Shown here piece by piece: positions 1 to 8,779 of a DNA stretch of 64,000 nucleotides (the stretch's first letter is position 1; every line of letters begins with the position of its first letter). The translations under genes were made by a program, and so were the position numbers. The stretch comes from Candidatus Poribacteria bacterium. Its GTDB lineage: Bacteria; Poribacteria; WGA-4E; WGA-3G. The stretch spans positions 106,653 to 170,652 of the forward strand of contig CBDBFU010000011.1 in NCBI GenBank assembly GCA_965205025.1, given 5' to 3'. Below the pieces are notes generated by a model. That model was not told the origin of the DNA and ran no database searches. It was given only the letters and a program-made list of their open reading frames with translations.

Positions 1-1432
1 CATCATAAGCAATGCTCCTATGTAGCAACTCATTTGTTGACATCTGAGTAATTTCAAACAATTCACCATGTCGATGCATGTGAGAGGTCAGCATCATTAT
101 ATTCACGACTGCATCCGGGGCTATACCTCGGAGGTCAAGTTCATCTTCAATGTACCAGTCCATTTTAGCAATACGGGTGAGTCCGGGAGGAACGTTAATA
201 GTCGTGTTGGAGATAAAAATTTCAACCGCTTCATGTTTGACTTCTTCAGGTGGTAACGTATAGAGATTCATATATACCTCACCTATGAGTGTTTTAGTAC
301 CTAACAAATTAATGTAGTGAGAATTCAAATCGAATATAGTATCACCGGAGAGTCGAAGTGCAACACCTTCTGGAAATTTAAAAGAGAAGTCTTTGCTTTG
401 TGTCCCGCCAACGAAATACCGGTGTGTACCAAGATTACCAAGTGCTTGCGCATCGTCTGGATTAAGTTCACGGAAAACATGATTCGGGTCAACTCCTATT
501 CCCGGGGTGATACCAGTATGAATAATGTCTTCTTCTATACCCCTTTCAGTGATTCTATATAAAATAAAATGATGGCTTCCTGTTGGGTAAAAAATTTCGT
601 ATCCGTTGATGAATATATCACCTTCTATCAGATCCCCATTTTCATCACGGATCTGTGTTGCGTAAAACACCTCACGTTCGGTACCCGGCTCGATTGTGTA
701 AGGTGGTAAATGTAACTGATACCCTTGTCCAGGTAGCGGTGCTGGCGGTGGTACAAATGTTTCATCGGGATCTCGAAGCACACCAAGATCGCCAATTCCT
801 TCTACTTTTCCTGTCTGTGGCGCACCGGCAGCAATCCATTTACGAATCGCATCTATTTTACCGTCGTGAAGCACACCACTACCAAGTGGCATTATTGACC
901 CATACTCTTGTGATATGGGGGCAATCAACTTCGTCAATAAGAAACTATTTTCAGGATTGCCCGGATCAACAAGTTTCATTCCAGATGCCAATGCCGCCGG
1001 GTTCTCTGGTGCTTGTCCTACTAACTCCTCATAGGAAGACGTATAGGTAAGGTTCAATCCAGCAATATTTGTCGGTGCCGCATGGCACGCACTATTCGCA
1101 CAGCTCTTATCAAAAATATACTCTTGTATTGAGTGATAAGTTGAATGCTCATCCGGTACTGTTTCTCCAAAACGATTGCTGACGCGAACAAGATCAAGGA
1201 TATTGATAACACCATCACGATTCACATCAGGGTCATGTAAAGCAGTGCGATCTCGCGACTGGCCAATAGCAGCAGCCACAAGCACTAAGTCTTGAATATT
1301 TACAACACCGTCTTTGTTCACATCCTCTAACAAACTCGGCGTATCACTGTGTCCAAACACAGTACAAGGCACAGTCACCATAAGCACAAAAAACACAAAC
1401 AAATAAACTATCTTTTTTAAAATCATTAACAT
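1..1432 (-). CDS. Secreted dockerin-like + c-type cytochrome-like + copper type II (PHM/DBH-like) monooxygenase fusion; C-terminus runs off the window
   Basis: Manual translation from ATG at 1432 (or 1426), open in every segment checked down to position 1: signal peptide; two dockerin repeats (DVNKDGVVNIQDLV, DVNRDGVINILDLV); CANSACH (1082-1102); GSHHFILY, NSHYIN and TSHMHRHG. Absent from the ORF track because it has no stop in the window. Confidence 0.8.
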   Translation of the reverse strand, partial: MLMILKKIVYLFVFFVLMVTVPCTVFGHSDTPSLLEDVNKDGVVNIQDLVLVAAAIGQSRDRTALHDPDVNRDGVINILDLVRVSNRFGETVPDEHSTYHSIQEYIFDKSCANSACHAAPTNIAGLNLTYTSSYEELVGQAPENPAALASGMKLVDPGNPENSFLLTKLIAPISQEYGSIMPLGSGVLHDGKIDAIRKWIAAGAPQTGKVEGIGDLGVLRDPDETFVPPPAPLPGQGYQLHLPPYTIEPGTEREVFYATQIRDENGDLIEGDIFINGYEIFYPTGSHHFILYRITERGIEEDIIHTGITPGIGVDPNHVFRELNPDDAQALGNLGTHRYFVGGTQSKDFSFKFPEGVALRLSGDTIFDLNSHYINLLGTKTLIGEVYMNLYTLPPEEVKHEAVEIFISNTTINVPPGLTRIAKMDWYIEDELDLRGIAPDAVVNIMMLTSHMHRHGELFEITQMSTNELLHRSIAYD

Positions 1433-1740
1433 CCTAACTTTCTATAGTTGTGTCAATTATTGCAACTAATATATATAAACTAACCTGAGTTGATATAAAC
1501 AAAAACTCTGATAAATAGAGAACTCCTAAGGTATAAAGAAATTATACATAAATCACTATCATAAGAAGTTCTGTATGTCTATTATACAATTTTTTTGGGA
1601 TATTATCGACTCATAATTGACTTTGAAACAAAACCCCGATCCTTCAAGATCCTTTTACCACCCTTGGTAGGCTTGGTTTACGGGGAATGTCTTATGAAGA
1701 TTAATTTTTAAATTCGGTAATTCTAATTCCCCAAGACCCA

Positions 1741-1805
1741 GTAGGCGGGAATGCTAAATAGCATTCATACCGTTGATTCCTTGATTCCTTGATTCCTTGA
1801 TTCGC
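1741..1805 (+). repeat. GTAG-type REP-like element followed by an 8-bp tandem repeat (GATTCCTT x3); inverted relative at 41716-41834
   Basis: gtaggcggggaatgctaaatagcattcataccgttgattcc matches, in rearranged pieces, the reverse complement of 41716-41834. Confidence 0.75.
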
Positions 1806-1816
1806 GGGTGAATCTT

Positions 1817-1977
1817 TGTAGAAAACGCTGAAACCCACTAAATAAGCCCCAGCGGGGCGAAAGGTGTGTAGAAAACGTCATAACCCTAAACAACAAGCCC
1901 CAGCGGGGCGAAAGGTGTGTAGAAAACGTGTTTATCCACTATCTTGAGTTCCATAGAGACGGAATATCTATAAAATA
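1817..1977 (+). repeat. Tandem REP-like hairpin units, period about 51 bp
   Basis: Identical 34-mer aagccccagcggggcgaaaggtgtgtagaaaacg at 1844-1877 and 1895-1928, with a partial copy before and a degenerate copy after. Confidence 0.85.
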
Positions 1978-2226
1978 CCTATTGAAGTAAATTGACTTTT
2001 TCGAATGCTAATAATGTAAACTAATCAATAGAATTAGTATAATCTATCTGATAATTATCCAAACTATAGTCATTTAGTAATGAGTAATCATCATATTAAA
2101 TGGTATAATGTATAATCAATATATGAGATGAGTATAACTCCTTGAAGTCGTGTTGTAGAAGATGAATCTTGGAATAGTTATTGAGATTCAAACACAAAAA
2201 GCCTGAATTCATGCTAAAAACTTTAA

Positions 2227-2334
2227 ATACCCAATTTCAGCAAATCCATTGCATGCATTTATCATGTTTGTTAAAATAAACCAATATGCTATTGCTGTAT
2301 CGTCCGAATTTGTAATAATTCCATTTAGGATGTT
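2227..2334 (+). repeat. Dispersed non-coding repeat of about 105 bp, copy 1
   Basis: Aligns almost without gaps to 7997-8103 (atacccaatttcag...tgtt). Confidence 0.85.
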
Positions 2335-2412
2335 TAATAATATTCTATGATGATACCGATATAATATGATATGATTTAGATTTCATCCAACGGAACTCTC
2401 GCAAACACTATA

Positions 2413-2729
2413 TTAGTCCCAAAACATTGGGATAGGTAGTTTATGACACATGACATCATTTGCTGGTGCCTGCAAGCAACGAAATTTCAGTATATTGCAT
2501 ACTTGGTTATCAAGTGAAAATGGTCCTATATTAATTTACAGATTTGCATATGGACTTTGGTGAAATAATTAGAGGAAGACATATTTCACAAGTCAGTGTT
2601 CCACTATTGAGTGATGAAAATACCCAGCGGGAAATAAACAATACAGTTTTGGAAGCGATTCAGAATCGAACCGAAGTCTATAACTTGGAACAGAAGGCGT
2701 TGAGGATCCATGATGAAAAGGTTATCTAA
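2413..2729 (+). pseudogene. C-terminal remnant of a restriction-modification specificity (HsdS-like) subunit
   Basis: Broken frames give LVPKHWD...WLSSENG...ISQVSVPLLSDENTQREINNTVLEA, the typical TRD end plus coiled-coil. Confidence 0.5.
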
Positions 2730-2799
2730 GCACATTTAACTTCCGTTGAGGTAATTACACTACTGCCAAGTGTCGTGGGTAGTTAATGAAAGGGAACTA

Positions 2800-4107
2800 A
2801 TGGATAAGGAAAAGAAAAATCTAGAAAATAGAAAGGAAGATTGGATAGCGAGTGTTTTAAAAGCAACCCTTGCTCCTTTTCCTATTGTAGGTCCTTCACT
2901 CTCAGAATTAGCGAGTAAATTAATTCCGAATCAGAGAATTGACAGAATTGCCTCTGAACTCAAAAGTTTAGAATCAAAGATAAAAGACATTGGTGAGACC
3001 GTTGATCTGTTGAAACCGGAATTCGCTGAAGTTTATTATATTCGAGGAGCTAAGGAAGTTCATCAAGGGAAATATGAGAGTGCTATTGACAACTATAATA
3101 ATGCGATTCGACTCAATTCTGAATTTGCTGAAGCCTACAACGATCTGGGTGTTGCGCAAACCATGCTTTCTCGTCATAATGAAGCTGTCCTAAATTTTGA
3201 CAAAGCGATTGAACTCAGATCGGATTTTGCCATAGCATACTACAATCGAGGCCACTCAAAATTCTATCTTGATCAATATAGTTCAGGTATCTCTGACTAT
3301 GATGAGGCGATTCGTCTGAAACCAGGTTTGTTTGGTGCCTATATCAATAGAGGCAATGTAAGGTTCTTATTTGGACAGTACGCTGACGCCATTTCTGACT
3401 ATAATGAGGCAATTCATCTGAAACCAGATTCAGTTGAAGCGTATACTAATAGAGGCAATGTAAAAAGCAAACTTGGGCAGTATAGCAATGCTATTTCCGA
3501 TTATAATAAGGCGATTCGTTTGGAACCAGATTTTGCTGATGCTTATATCGGTCGCGGTATTACGTATTCTAATTTTGAAAAATACAAAGAAGCCCTTGCT
3601 GATTTTAACAAAGCGATCCATCTAGACCTGAATTCCGCTTATGCCTATATGAATCGTGGTATCACGTATGCTAAACTTAAAAAATACAGAGAGGCTATTT
3701 CGGACTTTGATGAGGCGATAAGACTGGATCCTGCTTCCACTAACGCCTATAGAAGTCGTGGTAATGTGAAGAGTTTTCTTTGTAAATACGACGATGCAAT
3801 TTTGGACTATAACGAGGCGATTCGTTTGGATCCTGCTTCCGCCAATGCCTATTTTAATCGTGGTGTCACGTTTGCTCAACTCAAAAAATACAAAGAGACT
3901 ATTTCGGACTATGATGAGGCGATTCGTCTGAACCCGGATTTCGCTGAAGCATACATCAATAGAGGGGCTACAAAGCAAAGTCTTAGTAAATATGAGGAGG
4001 CAATGGTGGATTTCCAGACAGCTTTAAAAATCGCTGAAGAACAAGGGAAAGCACACCTCAAAACTCATATTGAGCAAGCGATTCAAGAACTCAAAGACAA
4101 AGAGTAG
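2800..4107 (+). CDS. Tetratricopeptide repeat protein (10 TPRs) with an N-terminal helical domain
   Basis: Ten 34-aa AY.NRG...AI.DY..AI.L.P repeats. ATG 2800 follows AGGGAA and is preferred over GTG 2770. Confidence 0.92.
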   Translation: MDKEKKNLENRKEDWIASVLKATLAPFPIVGPSLSELASKLIPNQRIDRIASELKSLESKIKDIGETVDLLKPEFAEVYYIRGAKEVHQGKYESAIDNYNNAIRLNSEFAEAYNDLGVAQTMLSRHNEAVLNFDKAIELRSDFAIAYYNRGHSKFYLDQYSSGISDYDEAIRLKPGLFGAYINRGNVRFLFGQYADAISDYNEAIHLKPDSVEAYTNRGNVKSKLGQYSNAISDYNKAIRLEPDFADAYIGRGITYSNFEKYKEALADFNKAIHLDLNSAYAYMNRGITYAKLKKYREAISDFDEAIRLDPASTNAYRSRGNVKSFLCKYDDAILDYNEAIRLDPASANAYFNRGVTFAQLKKYKETISDYDEAIRLNPDFAEAYINRGATKQSLSKYEEAMVDFQTALKIAEEQGKAHLKTHIEQAIQELKDKE

Positions 4108-4344
4108 TATTTTACTCAAGCGGAGCTAAAGAAGGGAAAACCAAGACCCGTGTTCTTCCAGAATTAAACTTTCACGGCATTCCCACTCAAAACGGCACCC
4201 CAAACACAAAACACCCCATCATAATCCATAATTTCAAAACAGCGATACCCCATCATCGGTGTCTGCAAACGGTTCGTGAAATCCCAACCCACGAGACTAA
4301 AACCCGGAAAACAACCCATCAGGATCGGAAGCAGAATGAAATTA

Positions 4345-4708
4345 CTATAGTTTGGACAGTTTGAGCGGTACATATTTCGCCCCTCTGGGGCTTAGACCTT
4401 GGTAAGGTATGGCGTTTCTACAAACATTTCACCCCTCTGGGGCTACACTTTGGTCCATCCGAGTCTATTTTCAAGAGTTGGATTGGTGTGAGAAACGTGG
4501 AGAAAAACCACAAACACTTTCAAGATAGGTGAAGCATCTCTCACAAATTGTCCATAATATAGTATACGGTATTAACTTGTAGAAAATCTATCATATATAA
4601 ATAAGAACAGCCCCAGCGGGGCGGAAGGTGTATCCATAGGATAACATTGATATGACTAGTTCTGCTAATCAAGACCAATCTAAGAACTTTAAACTGTCCA
4701 AACTATTG
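4345..4708. mobile_element. MITE of 364 bp with 18-bp TIRs and an 8-bp target-site duplication; carries REP hairpins
   Basis: Left end ctatagtttggacagttt and right end aaactgtccaaactattg match at 17/18. TGAAATTA is duplicated at 4337-4344 and 4709-4716. Confidence 0.8.
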
Positions 4709-5168
4709 TGAAATTATCCAATCTTTCCCACTCATGCCGTGTATGGTTCGGTACTGGTAAATATCTTCATTGATGTCTCAGAAGAATCCGCACGTTATCA
4801 CGAGACACGATCCAAAAAACGATCTTCCTTGCGAACAAGAAGTCTGTCTTGAAACCGAGTTCTTGATTGTAGAAGTCTATTGACTCCGTCAAATTTTTGA
4901 CATTAAGACTGGGTAGATTCATTCAAGTGTCGTATTAAACATTATAATGAATTAGTTTTAAATTTTGTTAACCTCTGTTATACTGACTTATTATCTTTCG
5001 AACAAATATTTTCTGGGGTTTTTATTTTGCGAGGGTTACCAGGCAACTTTTTTATCTGCGTTGGACATTTTTTGAGTTGCAAGTCTACAATTGAAAAGAA
5101 GACGGGCGGAGGTGAGTCGTAAAAGCATGCATTTATGTGTGTTGCGGAGGTATATAAGGAGAATTGAT

Positions 5169-5708
5169 ATGCCAGAGAAAACGGCACCTAATCTTGGTGT
5201 TGAAGACATAGATCATATAATAAGAAAAATTGTTGATAATCCTACTTTTTCTAAGGAGAAGATAAACGAACTAGCGGGTATTGGTTCTCGGCAAAGTAGA
5301 GAGAATCTATTATTAACCCCTTGGATATTGGATAATACGCGTCTTGTCTTGGGTGAGGATATTGATTTGCGGCAAAATGAAGAACTTCGCAGTCTGCGGG
5401 ATGATAAAATATATCCTGATTTGGTAGGTAAAGACCTCCGAGGGTATCCTATTATTGTTGAAGTGAAATTTAAGTTCGATTATCCAGAAGATAAAAAACA
5501 GAATCGCACAGATCCTGAATACATGGCTATTGGTCAGATTCTTCAATATTCTCGTGCGTATAGGAGAGAATATCCATCAACTGAAGACCTGCGTTTGTTA
5601 ATTGTTAGTATAGATTATTCGCCAGATGTGGAGGATGTTTGTAAATTCTTACGATCAAAAAGCATTGACATTCGCTATATTTCTATCAAGAAGATATTAT
5701 GCAAGTGA
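5169..5708 (+). CDS. PD-(D/E)XK endonuclease-fold protein, similar to the NucS/EndoMS C-terminal domain
   Basis: YPDLVGKD...IIVEVK...AIGQILQY motifs; AAGGAG RBS before ATG 5169. Confidence 0.7.
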   Translation: MPEKTAPNLGVEDIDHIIRKIVDNPTFSKEKINELAGIGSRQSRENLLLTPWILDNTRLVLGEDIDLRQNEELRSLRDDKIYPDLVGKDLRGYPIIVEVKFKFDYPEDKKQNRTDPEYMAIGQILQYSRAYRREYPSTEDLRLLIVSIDYSPDVEDVCKFLRSKSIDIRYISIKKILCK

Positions 5709-5753
5709 TTTGAGAGGAAGTACACCCAGCTAAGCCCGTGTCGTTACGGTGGA

Positions 5754-6278
5754 TTAGCGGAAAGGATTGCTTTTGTTGACTCTTTTTAGTTTGCCTAATG
5801 CTTGTTCCAGCGGAGATCGGAAAGGATTTTGTTGTTCAAGTCTGTTTCTTCCTGTGAATTTTAGAAGTTTCTGCAATGGTGTCTCTAAATCGGGGATGTT
5901 GACAAAGACAAGGTCAACGTTTACCGGTAAGCGTTCAGTTATTTTGGGTGGGTATATGATCCCTATGAACTTCTCAATACCCCTTAGTGTATCCGTGTAT
6001 TCGTCCGTGGATACATTGAGCCAATATCCCCATGGTATAGTAGCCCACGTCACATAGAGGCTATAACGTTTATACACTTGAATTTTCGGATCATTAATAT
6101 GTTCCCTCAACCTATTTTTTATTTCCCCGCTTCCAACTTTTAGTATAGTTTGCGGATGAGTATCTGCCCAAATTATATAATTCCCCGTTACACTTAATCC
6201 CCAAGGGAATTCAAGTCGAGGATTATCTATTAGTGAATTATTGAAAAAGTCCGTCTGTCAATGTAGTTTCATGTACAT
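5754..6278 (-). pseudogene. GIY-YIG-like nuclease with an in-frame TGA at codon 7
   Basis: ATG 6278 gives MYMKLH*QTDFF...GNYIIW...LKVGSGEIKNRLREH, in frame with track ORF 5754..6110; the TGA lies at 6258-6260. Confidence 0.6.
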
Positions 6279-6303
6279 GATACAACCCTTCATAAAAGTT
6301 GTG

Positions 6304-6327
6304 GGTCGCCAGTTTGAACTGACGACC
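6304..6327 (-). terminator. Hairpin downstream of the 6342..6806 gene
   Basis: ggtcgccagtt-tg-aactgacgacc inverted repeat, 15 bp after the stop codon. Confidence 0.5.
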
Positions 6328-6341
6328 TCGTTGTGATGCTG

Positions 6342-6806
6342 TTATTCTTTTGAATTCTCCTGTGATTTTTCTTCTGGATGTATCGGCGGGGGTTCAGTGA
6401 ACTCCTCGCCTCGATCCTCCGCCTCTTTCCGCCGACGTTCCCATTCTGCAAACTTTCGATAAGCTCTTGCTTCTCCTTCAGCGATTCCTTCTGCTTTGGC
6501 AGTTTCTATGGCAGCTGCTATCCGCTTCTCACGTCTTGCTTCAATAAAGTCTGATAGTAACATGATTAGGTCTATGCCTCCGATTATCATTGCAACGAGT
6601 GCCGCACCCACCGGGATAAATGCGGAAATGTCTTTTGTGACATTTTGAACAGAAACGTGTTCCTTCCAGCCTTGTGTTATCTCATAATCCAGTGCGATAT
6701 ACCCGTATATGAGAGCGAAAAGAGAAATTAGGAATAAGGCAACGCCTGTTTTTCCTGTTCTCCAGAAGTCTCGGACGGCGTGCCAGAAGGTTCTAATCTG
6801 TTTCAA
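6342..6806 (-). CDS. Two-TM membrane protein with an AEG-repeat charged tail
   Basis: Two hydrophobic segments, then AKAEGIAEGEA...FAEWERRRKEA; GGAG RBS before TTG. Confidence 0.75.
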   Translation of the reverse strand: MKQIRTFWHAVRDFWRTGKTGVALFLISLFALIYGYIALDYEITQGWKEHVSVQNVTKDISAFIPVGAALVAMIIGGIDLIMLLSDFIEARREKRIAAAIETAKAEGIAEGEARAYRKFAEWERRRKEAEDRGEEFTEPPPIHPEEKSQENSKE

Positions 6807-7384
6807 AATGTGCTCCGTTCTGTTGTATACAATATAACATATTTCAGATAAGTAATCAAGGCAAATCTACCTAAAGGGTGTGTAAAGTTTTTGTCACATT
6901 ACTAAGTACCAAAAAAACTCAATTCCATATACCTTCATTTAGAATTTCACATTTACAGTTTATTCATCACTACACTAATGCCGATTAATATCCCTTTCTA
7001 ATTTACCCCAAAATATATTTATTGAAAAATAAATTGAAGAAAACAAAAATATCTAACAACTAATATACAGATATCACAATAACATAAAACAAATTAAAAA
7101 TATTTGTCAAAATGAAAATAAAATTGTATAATACTATATCGTTCAATAATTATAAACTAAATACAACAAATTACTTGGAAGTTACGAATTTAGAACTTTT
7201 TGGGACATACCGAATTATAGGAAAATATTTGATGAAATGTCATAACACTCATAATCAGAAAGAAATAACAAATACTTCTATGAATACGTCTCTTTTTGCG
7301 GAAAATAGAAGTCCTAAACAGAATGGAAACAAAAGCACAAAATCACACTTTTTAGATTTTTTTATAATTTCATTTAAAATTGCT

Positions 7385-7835
7385 GTAAAGTCAGTATACA
7401 AAAGGGTTCATAGCCCATATTTGCACCAATTTCAATGTCACACCATGTGACAAAAAGTGTAACTTTTTTCATTTTTCCGAGGCATAGACTAATGCACCAA
7501 CAACTCGATCTACTGTCTGAGTATTTAGGATTAAATGACTGTTTTTAGACCTTATTTTTTGTCTGTATATTTGGAATTAACAATTCTAATTCAGGGAAAA
7601 CTGAGTATCTAATGATAAGTCTATTTTTTGAAGTTTTGTATATCAAAAATACCGTACTCCAGCGGAGTGCTATGTGCCGATACACTTCGTATGAAAAACA
7701 TATTAGTACTTAATACACACTTAAGTTATAGTGTGATTAACGTATGTGATTCACGGAGAACGGGTCTACTTTAAATTATAAACCCTTATAGAATAAGGCT
7801 TCGTAAAATTGCTCCGTGAAGGTTTCCGTGAAAGT
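7385..7835. repeat. Composite dispersed repeat; both end modules recur inverted at 41203-41612
   Basis: 7735-7835 is the reverse complement of about 41203-41305, and 7434-7470 of about 41534-41570. The interiors differ. Confidence 0.75.
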
Positions 7836-7996
7836 GTAAAAAATTCAAGACGACAAATATTAACAGTTTTTTACAATACACAGTATCCATAGATCTAACA
7901 TAACTGGGGTTGAGATGAATACTAAAGATGATATTGGAGATAAATATTGGTATCCAAGTATGATAGCAGCGTAATGTATAGTGATAATAACTTAAC

Positions 7997-8103
7997 ATAC
8001 CCAATTTCAGGAAATCCATTGCAAGTATTTATCCTGTTTGCTAAAATAAACCGATATGCTATCGGTGTATCGTCCTAATCTGTAATTATCCCTTTTTGGT
8101 GTT
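7997..8103 (+). repeat. Dispersed non-coding repeat of about 105 bp, copy 2
   Basis: Aligns to 2227-2334. Confidence 0.85.
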
Positions 8104-8167
8104 GGATATTCGTCATTGATTATTGCGATACAATATTGAATAGCTTCAGATAAAGGGAGAACAATAC

Positions 8168-8731
8168 ATGAATCGGACAATATATATAATTGGATTAACG
8201 GTGATAGTTATTGCTGTTGTCATAGGAGTATCTATTAAATCCGTTGATAGTCAGAATGATATGGTAGAACGGGGTAAATACCTTGTTGATGCAGTGGCAG
8301 CCTGTGGTTTCTGTCATACACCTCGTGCTGGTGCAGAATATAACGCAGATATGTACCTTGCAGGACATGCAGAAGGGGATCTCTATTCACGTTACGATCG
8401 GAGTTTGATGCAAAGAGGTATATTTCTTGCATCACCCCCAACTCTGTCAGCATTTTCAGGTCCTTTTGGAACAAGTTTCGCGACAAATTTAACACCTGAT
8501 AAAGAAACAGGACTGGGGGAATGGACTGAAGAGATGTTCATTAACGCAATGCGGACAGGACATCATCAAGGAAATGTAAATAATCGGAAGATATTCCCAC
8601 CAATGCCGTGGAAACATTATGCACAAATGAATGATTCTGATCTCAAAGCTATTTGGGCTTATTTGAAAACAATTAAACCTGTAAAAAATGAAGTTAATCC
8701 TATACTAAATCCAATGGGTAGACCATATTAA
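8168..8731 (+). CDS. Membrane-anchored or periplasmic c-type cytochrome
   Basis: N-terminal hydrophobic segment, CGFCH heme motif, NLTPDKETGLGEW and PPMPW motifs. Confidence 0.9.
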   Translation: MNRTIYIIGLTVIVIAVVIGVSIKSVDSQNDMVERGKYLVDAVAACGFCHTPRAGAEYNADMYLAGHAEGDLYSRYDRSLMQRGIFLASPPTLSAFSGPFGTSFATNLTPDKETGLGEWTEEMFINAMRTGHHQGNVNNRKIFPPMPWKHYAQMNDSDLKAIWAYLKTIKPVKNEVNPILNPMGRPY

Positions 8732-8779
8732 AAATACCTATGTTATAGGATGTATCTTAGATAATATTGGAGATAATAT

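Noticed and set aside
68-1050. Plus-strand ORFs 68..256, 317..562 and 655..1050
   Set aside because: They are shadows of the long minus-strand gene at 1..1432.
1817-1977. CRISPR array (34-bp palindromic repeat with spacers)
   Set aside because: Only two perfect repeats; the spacers are 16-17 bp and resemble each other; no cas genes; the same hairpin is scattered elsewhere like a REP.
7112-8019. ORFs 7112..7450 and 7786..8019
   Set aside because: Low-complexity translations running through AT-rich repeat DNA, with no RBS or motif.
2227-8103. Diversity-generating retroelement TR/VR pair (the two 105-bp copies)
   Set aside because: Differences are not adenine-specific, neither copy lies in a gene, and no reverse transcriptase is present.
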